Notes: generated by a model from the letters alone, not told the origin. 64,000 nt of DNA from Ignavibacteriota bacterium (GCA_963727825.1 CAVSHO010000012.1:1-64000); one strand, 5' to 3'. Positions 34,667-45,273 are shown, numbered from the stretch's first letter. Numbers and translations: made by a program.

Positions 34667-37600
34667 TTAGAAAAACGCTCTCGCTTCCATCCTCGCAAGA
34701 TGTACCGGCAGCCCTCCACCTTCCTTGCGTCCATTGTAATTGAGCGACAATTGCAGGTTCGAAGTGATGCGGTAATCGAATGTCAACTGCCACAGATAAC
34801 TTTGTCCCACTGCTTTTCCAGCAGTGAATTCATAAGGCAAAGTTGCGCTTGGATCGGTAATATTTGCCAGTGATACCTCGTCCCGTTTGAATTCTACATG
34901 TAATTGTCCAACACCAGGGAATGACTGAACAATCCTGATTCCTTCTTCATTAATGTCCGCTGTTGCATTTTTACCGCCAAAATAATTTATTATTTCTGTT
35001 ACACTAAAATTAAAGCCGATTTCCCAATTCATTGTTGGCCGATAAGAAAAATCGGAAAGCAGCGCATTGGAAACTAGATCTCGTTCCTCAGAGGATTGTG
35101 TGGATGCTGTCATTCGGTCAATTTTGTACACAAAGTCTGTCTGGTTGCCAATCTCTTGCACAAGTTGTGATCGAATACGTATCGATCGTTCTTCCTGAAA
35201 AGTTCTTTCAGTTGACGAGACGAGCTGTGATAATCCATATCGCTCGTTATAACGAAACCGAAATGATAAATTGGAGTTATTCTCAAATAGGAACGCATCT
35301 TGCGTGATTTGTTGTGAACCAGCGAGCGTCGTTTGGTCATTTAAAAAATGTGAGAAATCGAGCAAGTATATTTGTTTTGTATCAGTATCTTCGCTTCTTT
35401 CATCCACCCGTAAATATGTTTCAGTTGAAATTGCTCTTAGAACTTTGCTTAGCCATGTAGATGCAGCTGTAGCCATACGTGCAGGTTGAAGACGCAAACG
35501 CACACTCGCATTTAGATTTGCAACCGGATAAAGCTGGTCACTTGGAATATAGACAACAATATAATCGCCATCGTAAGTTGTGAGCTCAAAATCATTTTCA
35601 TCAACGATTCCATTGCCATTCACATCACCGATGTACTTATAATTGCCGGTTCCCTTAGCAACTTTAATAAATATACGTTCCAAGCGCGCAGATCGTTGAT
35701 TGGAGAATTCATAATAGAGATCAGCTTCCACAGCACGTTGAAGAGGAGTATATCGTGTTTCAGAGCGAACTAGTACAGCATCAGAGTTCAAATTTCCACG
35801 TAATTTGAATTCATCTGTAAACTCCACATTACGAACACTCAACGTTAACGAGCTAGTTAAAGATTGCCAGTCTTTCAACTGCCAACTGTATAGCTGCGTA
35901 ACAGATCGTAACGCACGGCTCAATGTTCCATTGGCAGCACTGTCTTCCGTTCGTATTTGATATTCGGCAGAGGCGATCATTCTCCAGAATTCGGCAGTGA
36001 CAAGGCGCGGTGCAATTTCCAAATAGCGAAAACTGCCCTGGTGCAGCGAATCTTGTCCTGTGGTTGAATCAATGCGTTCTTCTGTTTCAATACGAAGACT
36101 GGGATGCCACTTGGCAATTTCATATTCTAATGTCCCACGTTGGCGGATCCATTGCGATTCATCTTGTAAAAGTTTGTTGGATGTATTGATAATCTCGACC
36201 TGATACTGAGCTTTTGGCAAACTCGAATCTGCAATTCCTAGATTGATTTGCGTTCTAGTGGAATGAACTTCACCAGGACGATTCAGCACACCATAAGATA
36301 CTGCACTATTCAGGCTCCGTATTGGAAGATATGCCAGAGAGAATTCCTGAATTTCTTCGTTGGCAACTGCCGCTTCGCTGAGATTCCATTTCCTATTGAA
36401 CTCTACTTCATTTACACGATCCAGCGGAACGAAGCGTCGATCTACAAACCGATCGGAAATGCGCGCATCTACTTCGCCTAAATTCTTACCATCTATAAAT
36501 AGTTGTTTCGGATTGTAGCGAGCGGCAAATGTGAATGCATTGCCTTGAAGACTACTTGAATCCTGGTTGGCAAATCTGTTTTGATTAAAATTGCTCATTG
36601 CATATTCACCTGAAACAGAAAAATCAGACGTAAGAGATACTTGTCCATTCACGTCAAAAACTTGATGAAGCTGCGGCATAGGCAAAAATTGAAGGGGAAG
36701 ATAATTTCCCTGGCCAATCCCCACAAACTGAAATTGTCCGGCAGCAATACGTATGTATCCGGCAGATGTATCGGGCACAAGATCCACAGGTGAAAAACTT
36801 ACCGAATAGAATGCAAGCGAATCTCCCGGTGCATAGATAAGTATAGGATAATGCTTGCCACTAATAAGTGTATCCTTCAAAATATATTGACCTTTAACGC
36901 TGTCCACTCTTGATATTCCAGAGACAGATGCCTTCATACGATCTGCACCGCTTTGACGAAGTATAGCGCGAGTTGTATCGTTCAGCGTAACATCGACTGG
37001 TGAATCCGGATCATCCGCCTCCTGTACAAAAGATGCGTTCAATTTTAACCTGTCACTGAACGCTTTTCCGCTTACGGTGGTTGCAATAAGATTGCGAACA
37101 AATTGTTGATCAGAGTATTCAAAATCGATTACAATTCGCGATGCATTAGTAATTAATCGACGGCTGGAAAACGTCACCTCTCCGCTGGCATAATCGATAG
37201 TATAATCATTCACATCTCCACGTGTCATCAATGCGCCGTCTAAATAGACTCGCTCACTTCCCGCAATTACGAGCAAATGATTTTCACCGTTTGCTCCCGT
37301 AAGAAGGTATGGGCCTTGTACACTTTCCATTCCTTGAAATTGATTAGTGTTGTACTTGCCGCGTGCTGTAGCTCCGGTAATAGATACCGAGCCATCAATA
37401 TCAGAACTTGCAATATGATTAAATGAAGCGATACCCTCTGCACCCTGCAATTTTCGATTTAACTGGCCAAACTCGCCTCCTTCTTTCTGATCAATATGCA
37501 AATTGAAATCTCCGAGTGTAGCGGAATATTGCGGATGTTTTATTTCAACATAAACTTTATCAACTTCGCGAAGCGTTTGAGTTGTCCCCTCTGGTTGAAT

Positions 37601-38203
37601 CGGCGAGTTCTCGTCTGTAAGCGCTGCCGTTACGTCAATATCTTGAGCAAGTTTACCTGCAAGTTGCATACGAAAGCCGGAACTCAACGAAAGATCTTGA
37701 TTAGAACCGACAGAAAAACCGCGGACAATTGATCCGCTTTTTTGCAAACCAGGACCGAATAAATCTTCCGATAGTAAGCTGCGCGATTGCTGCGAGATAA
37801 ATGTTTTATTGCCTTCTACAGAATCATGCCGTATCTCTAATTGTCGAAGTGCATATTCACGTTTGAAACTGAGCGGAAGTGTCCTATATGTTACAAACAT
37901 TTTGTGTGTAATTGTATCAGAGACTATTCGAGCAAGTTGAGCTGAAGAAAACGATATTTGACCGTAGCGATAATCTATCCGGTAATCTTGCAAGCGTTTT
38001 ATATGCGACGTTGAGTCGATAATAATGCGCTCGCTTCCTTCAACAATAAATTCCTTTTGAAGTCGATAGACTGTATCAAGTTTCGTAAGCGTGATAGTAA
38101 CGGAGTGAAGACCAAAAGAATTTATTGTTCCGGAAGATTGAGCGGAAAGACGGGCTGAGTGAAATAACAAGACAAGAACAGCGATAGAAAGTAAATACTT
38201 CAT
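34667..38203 (-). CDS. Large outer-membrane beta-barrel-like protein conserved in Bacteroidota/Ignavibacteria
   Basis: Signal peptide, SGSIVRG, PIQPEGTTQTLRE, QGPY, GSERVY, DYTIDY..GE and a terminal Phe. Confidence 0.7.
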   Translation of the reverse strand: MKYLLSIAVLVLLFHSARLSAQSSGTINSFGLHSVTITLTKLDTVYRLQKEFIVEGSERIIIDSTSHIKRLQDYRIDYRYGQISFSSAQLARIVSDTITHKMFVTYRTLPLSFKREYALRQLEIRHDSVEGNKTFISQQSRSLLSEDLFGPGLQKSGSIVRGFSVGSNQDLSLSSGFRMQLAGKLAQDIDVTAALTDENSPIQPEGTTQTLREVDKVYVEIKHPQYSATLGDFNLHIDQKEGGEFGQLNRKLQGAEGIASFNHIASSDIDGSVSITGATARGKYNTNQFQGMESVQGPYLLTGANGENHLLVIAGSERVYLDGALMTRGDVNDYTIDYASGEVTFSSRRLITNASRIVIDFEYSDQQFVRNLIATTVSGKAFSDRLKLNASFVQEADDPDSPVDVTLNDTTRAILRQSGADRMKASVSGISRVDSVKGQYILKDTLISGKHYPILIYAPGDSLAFYSVSFSPVDLVPDTSAGYIRIAAGQFQFVGIGQGNYLPLQFLPMPQLHQVFDVNGQVSLTSDFSVSGEYAMSNFNQNRFANQDSSSLQGNAFTFAARYNPKQLFIDGKNLGEVDARISDRFVDRRFVPLDRVNEVEFNRKWNLSEAAVANEEIQEFSLAYLPIRSLNSAVSYGVLNRPGEVHSTRTQINLGIADSSLPKAQYQVEIINTSNKLLQDESQWIRQRGTLEYEIAKWHPSLRIETEERIDSTTGQDSLHQGSFRYLEIAPRLVTAEFWRMIASAEYQIRTEDSAANGTLSRALRSVTQLYSWQLKDWQSLTSSLTLSVRNVEFTDEFKLRGNLNSDAVLVRSETRYTPLQRAVEADLYYEFSNQRSARLERIFIKVAKGTGNYKYIGDVNGNGIVDENDFELTTYDGDYIVVYIPSDQLYPVANLNASVRLRLQPARMATAASTWLSKVLRAISTETYLRVDERSEDTDTKQIYLLDFSHFLNDQTTLAGSQQITQDAFLFENNSNLSFRFRYNERYGLSQLVSSTERTFQEERSIRIRSQLVQEIGNQTDFVYKIDRMTASTQSSEERDLVSNALLSDFSYRPTMNWEIGFNFSVTEIINYFGGKNATADINEEGIRIVQSFPGVGQLHVEFKRDEVSLANITDPSATLPYEFTAGKAVGQSYLWQLTFDYRITSNLQLSLNYNGRKEGGGLPVHLARMEARAFF

Positions 38204-38415
38204 TGAGTACGTTGAGGACATTCCTTCAAAATAGATTTGTTTCAATACCTCATAATTTCCTCCTAAACGCACACCATATCGTCTTATTATAGATGAGCAC
38301 TAATATGTTTATTTAAAGATAACGAAGAGAGTTAACTGTTACAACTGTTTTGTATAAAGAGATGAATAATGAGAAATCCTTCCCGATACTTTTAAATAGA
38401 TACCGAAGAATCGTT

Positions 38416-39678
38416 TCAGAACTTTTTCACTTCAACATACTTCAAATCCCCAGTCCGAAAATACACCCAGGTGACGATCAACAGCGTCATCATCCCGCCG
38501 AAAACGGCTGAAGGAACAGTTCCCATTAATTTTGCGGCAAGTCCAGATTCAAAGCCGCCAAGCTCATTAGATGATGCAAGGAACATCTCATTCACCGCCT
38601 GGGCCCTGCCGCGCATTTCATCGGGAGTCATCACTTGCAAGATTGTTGCTCGAATAACGACACTTACGCTATCGAAAGCGCCGCTGAAAAATAGCATGGC
38701 AACCGAAAGTCCCATCCATGGTGAAATAGCAAATATTAGAATGCAGATGCCGAATCCCGTTACTGACAGAAGCAAATTCTTCCAGGCATGCTGCATCGGT
38801 GAGAACCGGGTCAAAAGAAGCAGTGTAACGACGGCGCCAAGCGAAGGTGCAGCCCGTAAAATGCCCAACCCCTCCGCCCCGACATGCAAGATGTCTTCTG
38901 CATAGATAGGAAGAATCGCCATAACTCCGCCGAACATCACAGAAAATAAATCAAGCGATATAGAATACAGAATAATTTTTGTTTTAAAAACGAAGCGTAT
39001 TCCTTGCTTAATACTGGTTATAATTTCATCTTGATTATTTACTTCCTGAATAGGTTTATCTCCGATCTTCATAAAAAGGAAAAATGATGTAACCACCATC
39101 AAAACAGCAACCAGTAATGTATTAGCAAATCCACTCCATGCATAGAGAAATCCGGATATCATGGGGCCGGCAATAGCGCCAACCTGCCAAGCAGAGCTGC
39201 CCCATGCAGAAGCGTTTTCATATAAAGGTATAGGAACAAGAATGGCTCGAAGAGATTTTGACGTCGGAGAGAGAAATGCCCGGCATAAGCCAATAATAAA
39301 AATTGTTAAGTAGATTATAATAAGAAAAGACGCTTGTGAAATATTGTCTTGCTGACGAGCAATAATTTGCAGTATTAGCGAACTAAGTGCAATGCTCCCA
39401 ACGCTCCACAGCAGAATTTTACGCTTACTATACTTATCTGCAATATGGCCGCCGAAAAGAGAAAAAGAAATAAACGGGATCGCCTCAACAAGTCCTATCA
39501 GTCCCAATGACAATGGATTGTGCGTAACGCGATATAGTTCGTACCCAATAGCAACTTCTTGCGCAAGAAGCGCCAGTGTAATAAAAAAAGATCCTATAAC
39601 GAGATTGCGAAATTCCGGATAGCGCAAAGCTGCAAAGGGATCATTTTCTTGAGATAAGATTTTCGATTTATTCAACAT
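38416..39678 (-). CDS. MFS transporter (MFS_3-like)
   Basis: About 12 TM segments, GHIADKYSKR, LDLFSVMFGG and PDEMRGR. Confidence 0.9.
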   Translation of the reverse strand: MLNKSKILSQENDPFAALRYPEFRNLVIGSFFITLALLAQEVAIGYELYRVTHNPLSLGLIGLVEAIPFISFSLFGGHIADKYSKRKILLWSVGSIALSSLILQIIARQQDNISQASFLIIIYLTIFIIGLCRAFLSPTSKSLRAILVPIPLYENASAWGSSAWQVGAIAGPMISGFLYAWSGFANTLLVAVLMVVTSFFLFMKIGDKPIQEVNNQDEIITSIKQGIRFVFKTKIILYSISLDLFSVMFGGVMAILPIYAEDILHVGAEGLGILRAAPSLGAVVTLLLLTRFSPMQHAWKNLLLSVTGFGICILIFAISPWMGLSVAMLFFSGAFDSVSVVIRATILQVMTPDEMRGRAQAVNEMFLASSNELGGFESGLAAKLMGTVPSAVFGGMMTLLIVTWVYFRTGDLKYVEVKKF

Positions 39679-39911
39679 TTACTAGCAAATGCCCAAAGTG
39701 TTTTTCCATAATGCTATCTTTTACATTGACTTCCTCCCCTTTTAGGGGAGGACTTCTCCACTCCTTTGAGGAGAGGGAAATATTTCTCTATTTACTAAAA
39801 AGATCTAGAGAAGTTATAATTAATAAAATAAGTAAGCTCGACTGTATTTCCAAGAGACACATTATTTTTTCGTAATAATATGCTTTTAGTGATTCTATTT
39901 TCAGACATAAT

Positions 39912-39951
39912 AAAAAAGAAGCCCGTAAGCGTAATACTCACGGGCTTCTTT
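39912..39951 (-). terminator. Rho-independent terminator after the tRNA-Leu 3' duplicate
   Basis: AAGAAGCCCGT...ACGGGCTTCTT followed by a T-run on the minus strand. Confidence 0.8.
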
Positions 39952-39952
39952 G

Positions 39953-40055
39953 TGCCGAAGGGGGGACTCGAACCCCCACTCGATTTGAGTCGAACCTCGT
40001 AGAACGAGGCAAGCTGTATTTTGAGTCCAGTTTATCCCGACAAAGTCGGGACGCG
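39953..40055 (-). pseudogene. 3' duplicate of tRNA-Leu interrupted by two hairpin insertions
   Basis: Matches 40303-40365 except one substitution and inserts at 39995-40013 and 40031-40051. Confidence 0.9.
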
Positions 40056-40298
40056 CCTTTTCGTCAGTAACGAGTTCAATTCATAATGACCCGGTCCACT
40101 TTTAAGAAATTTCTCTCTTTTTCTTGCTTGCTGTCGATTAGGACATTCTTCTGTAAGAAGTAGTTGGAACGGTCGTCTATTTTTTGTCGATGGTACTTTT
40201 CCCTGATTGTGACGTATTAACCGCTTCTCTACATCTTCCGTCATTCCGATGTAAAGATTATTATCTTTTAGAGATTTTAATACGTACACAAAAAACAT
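40032..40298 (-). CDS. Small stand-alone GIY-YIG nuclease (UPF0213/SLX1-like)
   Basis: FVYVLKS...LYIGMT...KRLIRHN.G...STK.RRP...AR.RE.FLKSG. Confidence 0.92.
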   Translation of the reverse strand: MFFVYVLKSLKDNNLYIGMTEDVEKRLIRHNQGKVPSTKNRRPFQLLLTEECPNRQQARKREKFLKSGPGHYELNSLLTKRRVPTLSG

Positions 40299-40302
40299 TC
40301 AG

Positions 40303-40388
40303 TGCCGAAGGGGGGACTCGAACCCCCACTCGATTTGAGTCGAACTGGATTTTGAGTCCAGCGCGTCTACCAGTTCCGCCACTTCGGC
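40303..40388 (-). tRNA. tRNA-Leu(CAA)
   Basis: GCCGAAG acceptor, CTGGA-CT CAA AA-TCCAG anticodon arm, long variable arm, GGTTCGAGTCC T-arm. Confidence 0.96.
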
Positions 40389-40624
40389 GCTTCGTTTATT
40401 AAATATATCAAGGAATGACCTGCGAAACAAGTTTTTTTCTTCAACAACTCTCAGAGTGTTTGAAAATTTCAAACTCACTACTTCGATACTAACTCGTCTG
40501 CTCTACATTCTAGCGGGACGAATTATATTCAAAAGAACAGTTGCCAAATGGAACTGTACGGCATCCTGCAATTTATTACTTTGAGCGGTAGAATACTTTG
40601 GAAGTCTTATGTAACGCATTAAAC

Positions 40625-41503
40625 TTAATTTCCCACACCCTCGCTGATAAACTTGCGAACGGAAATCATACTTCCCAGCAATCCAAGGAGGCAGCCAATG
40701 CCTATGATAATGCCGTAGTAATAAGGCTGAACGCGGACAAATTCTGATAGCGAGACGGTCAACCACTGTTCTAAATATTTAAATAGCGTATAAATAATTC
40801 CAGCGGCGATTGCTCCTCCCAGCAGGCCCTGAAGAAATCCTTCCAGTAAAAATGGCGTACGAATAAAGCTTCGCGTTGCACCAATAAGTTTCATTGTCTG
40901 TATAATTTTACGCTTTGCATAAATGGCAAGACGGATAGTGTTAGCTACTAAAATGACAGATGAAATAGTGATAAAGATTCCAACACCAAGCGTAATCCAA
41001 AGAAACAACATCGCCCGCTGATCCAGCATTTCCAACAATTGTTTCCGGTAGATTACATCATCCACGCCTTTGATGGATTTTACCTGACTGGAAATTACTT
41101 CAGCATGTTTTGCCGTCTTATAGCCGTCTTTTAAGAATATTTTGAGAGACGCCGGCAGCGGGTTGAAATTCAAAACTTTATAAATATCTTCGCCGAACTC
41201 TTCATTAAATATTTTCGCTGCTTCTTCTTTTGAAACGTAGCGAACCTCGCGCACGCCTTCCAGCATTTCTACTTGTCCTTTAACCTCGGTTACCTGATCG
41301 TTGGTGATTTGGTCGTTCAAAAACGCCTCCATTTCTACCTTTTCACGCAGCGATTTGACAAAACCATTTACATTCAAAAATAGAATTGTAAAAAAACTCA
41401 GCAGCAATAACGATACGCAAATAGTAAAAATTGCGGCAAACATCGACAGTTTGGCTCGCTTGAAACCTGAAAATCCCTCTTTTAAAACATATCCTAGTTG
41501 CAT
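40625..41503 (-). CDS. ftsX: Cell division permease FtsX
   Basis: YVSKEEA, NPLPAS, NTIRLAIYA and MKLIGAT..FIRTPF. Confidence 0.93.
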   Translation of the reverse strand: MQLGYVLKEGFSGFKRAKLSMFAAIFTICVSLLLLSFFTILFLNVNGFVKSLREKVEMEAFLNDQITNDQVTEVKGQVEMLEGVREVRYVSKEEAAKIFNEEFGEDIYKVLNFNPLPASLKIFLKDGYKTAKHAEVISSQVKSIKGVDDVIYRKQLLEMLDQRAMLFLWITLGVGIFITISSVILVANTIRLAIYAKRKIIQTMKLIGATRSFIRTPFLLEGFLQGLLGGAIAAGIIYTLFKYLEQWLTVSLSEFVRVQPYYYGIIIGIGCLLGLLGSMISVRKFISEGVGN

Positions 41504-41510
41504 ATTACTC

Positions 41511-42351
41511 TCACTTGCTATGGCGTGAAATAGCGGAATCGTCAAACGGCTGGTAACTCCCCAGCACGCGCACAAAAGAACAAACTTCTTCTAAATGATT
41601 TAATGCCTGACTCAGTGGATCTCGTTTAGGTATCCCTTCCACATCCAAATAGAAGAGATATTCCCACGGTTTGCCGATTATCGGACGTGATTCAATTTTC
41701 AGTAAATTAATATCCCGCAATGCAAATACAGCAAGCGCTTTGAAGAGTGCGCCGGGAATATCTTTTGCTGCAAATACGATTGAAGTCTTGACTTTGCCGA
41801 GCGGTTGAACCTGTTTTCGCGAGAGTGCAATGAAGCGTGTGAAATTGCGATGGTCACTCTCAACGTTTCGTTCCAGAATATGCAGTCCGTACGCACGCGC
41901 TGCTTGTTCGCTGGCGATAGCCGCTGCATCATTGCGTTTTCGTTCCTGGATAAACCGAGCAGCCGCTGCCGTATCATGCACGGCTTCCACTTTTACATCT
42001 TTTTAGTGTGCTGAGAAAGTTCTCGCACTGGCCAATCGCTTGCAATTGCGAGTAGATCGTGCGAATGCTATTCCGTTTTGCTTCGGGCAAAGCCATCAAA
42101 TGCAGTTCGATGCGGAGTTTTACTTCACCGATTATAAAAAGCTTATGCTTCAGAAGAAGATCGTACACCTGATGGATACTGCCGAATAGCGAATTCTCAA
42201 TCGGCACAATGCCAAAGCTTGCGGGATGATGTTCGGCATCTGAAAAGACATCGGAAAAAGCAGGCAATGGTTTTAATATAGCATGGGCCCCAAAGAATTT
42301 TCGCGCTGCTTGTTCACTAAACGCACCTGGTTCACCCTGATAAGCGATCAT
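41511..42351 (-). CDS. pheA: Prephenate dehydratase (frameshift near 41990)
   Basis: IAYQGEPGAFSE, VPIENS, NFTRF, KIESRP and VLGSY across two ORFs. Confidence 0.92.
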
Positions 42352-42369
42352 AAGTAATTTCCCATTAAG

Positions 42370-42879
42370 TTAAAAATTTGATTCATCATCCCATCGGACA
42401 ATCTTCCATGGATCCTGTGCTTGATTGCGTACCAATGTAAGATTAACATATCCGTCCACATAAACAATATCACTCGGATTGAACGTAACCGTCAAATTAA
42501 ACCCCCGCTTAATCATTTCTTGTGTATTGGTAGAATCAACGGAAGACGATGCTATATCATTCCATAAAATATCCAATCGCTGAGCATTCTGGAATAGTCC
42601 GTATGTTGTCCGCATCTCCTCATCTCTTCCCCAAGTTACATCGACACCCATATCATAATCGTGATAAACAAATGTAAAGTTCCCGTCAAGAAGTTGTCCA
42701 TAAATTGATGTATCGCGAACAGTGTAAGCATATTTGAAGTTTTGAAATATACCGTCGGCCGTTTTTTGGTCGCTCAGGAGCGATGATGTTTCTCCAGAAG
42801 AATCATCCAACCCAGGTGCGAATGGATTACAGGCAGCCAGTACCAAGATGAATGGTATGGAAATAAAGATGAATTTCAT
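42370..42879 (-). CDS. Hypothetical lipoprotein (NTF2-like fold possible)
   Basis: LAAC lipobox, CNPFAP and C-terminal WKIVRWDDES. Confidence 0.75.
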   Translation of the reverse strand: MKFIFISIPFILVLAACNPFAPGLDDSSGETSSLLSDQKTADGIFQNFKYAYTVRDTSIYGQLLDGNFTFVYHDYDMGVDVTWGRDEEMRTTYGLFQNAQRLDILWNDIASSSVDSTNTQEMIKRGFNLTVTFNPSDIVYVDGYVNLTLVRNQAQDPWKIVRWDDESNF

Positions 42880-42882
42880 TAG

Positions 42883-43466
42883 TCACCATTGTGAATAAGC
42901 AATCCCCTTTAAGTCGCTCCATGTTGAGTCGGATACATTTACAGCAACATCCACCCACTGATTGATATACCATAATCCCGATACTTGCGTAAGTGTATAT
43001 TGCACTTGTCCGTTAGAATTTTTTAACCGACGCCTGCTTCCACTGGAAGAGTCAAATGATAAGCAGTTTCCACCTGACTTATATTATTGTTATATGTCGG
43101 CGTATAAGGATCAAACACTAAAACCACTCTAGAATTATTTGAGAAGTGATTAATAATTTTTTCGAAGCATTGCTGTTCTTGCGCTTTATTCCAAGCCGTC
43201 CAATCAATACCGCCGTATTTGTTTTTAGCGTCAGTTGATGGGATAAAACTAAAAGAAGCATCCGAAAATGATTTAGCATAGTTGACAGAATTTCCGTCCT
43301 GGAACGCGTTCACCATATTCTGCAATACTATTGATACATCTGTCGGAGGAACGTAATTTGAACTCTGTTGCGACGGCTCCTCCGGTGTTCTAGTCTTAAA
43401 CAAATCACAGGATATCAAACTGAAACACAACATTATATTTATAGCCATAACAAAACTGCGCAGCAT
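42883..43466 (-). CDS. Hypothetical lipoprotein, paralog-like to its neighbour (frameshift near 43022)
   Basis: LISC lipobox and FKTRTPEEP. It continues in another frame as GLWYINQWVD...TWSDLKG. Confidence 0.7.
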
Positions 43467-43476
43467 CAAAGTTCCT

Positions 43477-44076
43477 TTATACAACGATGCGGCCTTCAAA
43501 CGCTCTGGAAAGAGTCGCTTCGTCTGCAAATTCAAGATCAGAGCCGACCGGTAAACCACGTGCAATACGTGTTACCTTTATTCCCAGCGGTTTTAACAAC
43601 CGGGAAAGATAGAGTGTTGTTGTTTCTCCTTCCACATTTGGGTTAAGCGCCAAGATAATTTCTTCGATTGTTGAAGTAGAAATACGCTGCAACAATTCCT
43701 TAATCTTCAACTCGTCGGGACCAATGCCGTCTAACGGTGAAAGTGCTCCCCCTAAGACATGGTACAAACCTTTAAACTCGTTCGTCTTTTCAATAGCAAG
43801 GACATCGTGCGGCTCTTCGACAACACAGATTGAAGACCGTTCGCGTTTAGTATTAGAACAAATTGCACATGGATCGGTTTCAGTGATATTTGAGCAGATA
43901 GTACAATACCGTACTTTATCTTTCACATTAACCAATGCTTTTGCCATCGTAACGACTTCATCGCGCGACATTTTCAAAACATAGAGGGCAAGACGCTGCG
44001 CAGTCTTCCTTCCTATACCCGGAAGTTGTGCAAATTGTTCAGCGAGTTGTTCAATTGATTCAGCAGTATAAAACAT
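43477..44076 (-). CDS. recR: Recombination mediator RecR
   Basis: [10 protein letters not shown]4 zinc finger, YHVLGG and NPNVEGE. Confidence 0.97.
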   Translation of the reverse strand: MFYTAESIEQLAEQFAQLPGIGRKTAQRLALYVLKMSRDEVVTMAKALVNVKDKVRYCTICSNITETDPCAICSNTKRERSSICVVEEPHDVLAIEKTNEFKGLYHVLGGALSPLDGIGPDELKIKELLQRISTSTIEEIILALNPNVEGETTTLYLSRLLKPLGIKVTRIARGLPVGSDLEFADEATLSRAFEGRIVV

Positions 44077-44134
44077 TATCAGATCTCATAGGTGCAAGGA
44101 TTATCAAGAATTAAAATTTTAAGAGTTTTTATGA

Positions 44135-44479
44135 TTAAAAACCGGGAAGCTTCATACCGGGAATATTGGGTATCATTCCGCCGGTCGCTTTTTGCATTTC
44201 TTCCGCTGCCATTGCAGTTGATCGCTCCAATGCTTGATTTACAGCCGCTAGAACTAAATCCTCCAGCATCTCTTTCTCATCCGGATTTATTACTTCTTTC
44301 TCAATTTCAATTTTGATGATATGCTGTTTGCCATTGGCATTTACCCTCACCATACCTCCACCGGCTTCGGCTGCAACAGTTTTGCTTTCAAGTTCCGCCT
44401 GAACTTGATCCATCTTCTCCTGCATTTTCTGCACTTGCTTCATCATTTGCTGCATATTCGGCATGCCGCCTTTGAACAT
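44135..44479 (-). CDS. ybaB: YbaB/EbfC nucleoid-associated protein
   Basis: AGGGMVRV and [12 protein letters not shown]. Adjacent to recR. Confidence 0.95.
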   Translation of the reverse strand: MFKGGMPNMQQMMKQVQKMQEKMDQVQAELESKTVAAEAGGGMVRVNANGKQHIIKIEIEKEVINPDEKEMLEDLVLAAVNQALERSTAMAAEEMQKATGGMIPNIPGMKLPGF

Positions 44480-44651
44480 TTTTTTGTCTCCTATATTTTT
44501 ATTCTTAAATAATTTTCTGCGTCAATATACCCCGAAATGGAAGGAAAGTCAACGCACGAAATTTTAAACGCCTATATTGACTTTCGGAAAAAAATGGAGA
44601 TATATTAAGGTAAAGCTCATCAGTATTGATGAGTTTTTTAAATGATGTGAT

Positions 44652-44897
44652 TCCGCGATAGCTCAATGGTAGAGCATGCGGTCCGATCATCGCACAAGCG
44701 ATGATCGAGATCTCGTCCCGATAAAATCGGGACGGACTGTTAACCAGACTTTGAAATAGGGAATTATTTTTCATTCCGCGATAGCTCAATGGTAGAGCAT
44801 GCGGTCCGATCATCGCACAAGCGATGATCGAGATCTCGTCCCGATAAAATCGGGACGGACTGTTAACCAGACTTTGAAATAGGGAATTATTTTTCAT
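44652..44897 (+). repeat. Two identical 123-bp tandem units: tRNA-Asn 5' half with a 55-bp cruciform insert, plus a 29-bp spacer
   Basis: Units start at 44652 and 44775. The intact tRNA starts one period later at 44898. Confidence 0.92.
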
Positions 44898-44972
44898 TCC
44901 GCGATAGCTCAATGGTAGAGCATGCGGCTGTTAACCGCAGGGTTGTAGGTTCGAGTCCTACTCGCGGAGCCA
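44898..44972 (+). tRNA. tRNA-Asn(GTT)
   Basis: TCCGCGA acceptor, TGCGG-CT GTT AA-CCGCA anticodon arm, GGTTCGAGTCC T-arm and encoded CCA. Confidence 0.96.
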
Positions 44973-45034
44973 ATTCATTTTGCCGTACCGCAGACGGGAT
45001 TTGTTGTTTATAAGAGACTAACTCAAAACTACCT

Positions 45035-45273
45035 TTGTTTTATTTATATATACTCATCTGAATTTAATGGAATGTTTTAAGTTGGTATTAGTCCGAAAAT
45101 CTTAGAACAGCGGCTTGAATTTACCATCTTTCAATAGGTAATGGATTCACAGCACGATATCGTCCCTGGAAATTAGTATACACGAAAGGATATCCAACGC
45201 GACAGCTGGCTCGAGTGCTGAAAAGAAAATCAAAACAAGGAAAAGCAGATCGATGATTTAACATTTCATCTAA
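45035..45273 (+). pseudogene. Decayed GIY-YIG nuclease gene
   Basis: Fragments LFYLYIL, VGIS, LEQRLE, GNGFTARYRPWKLVYTKGYPTRQLA and AEKKIKTRKSRSMI, with stops and frameshifts. Confidence 0.8.

Noticed and set aside
39953-40388. Classical integrase-driven genomic island or prophage at tRNA-Leu
   Set aside because: Only about 250 bp separate the repeats, and there is no recombinase or phage gene in the window. A deletion remnant cannot be fully excluded.
44505-44912. 135-aa ORF with a 41-aa internal repeat
   Set aside because: It is the antisense reading of the 123-bp tRNA-derived tandem repeat.
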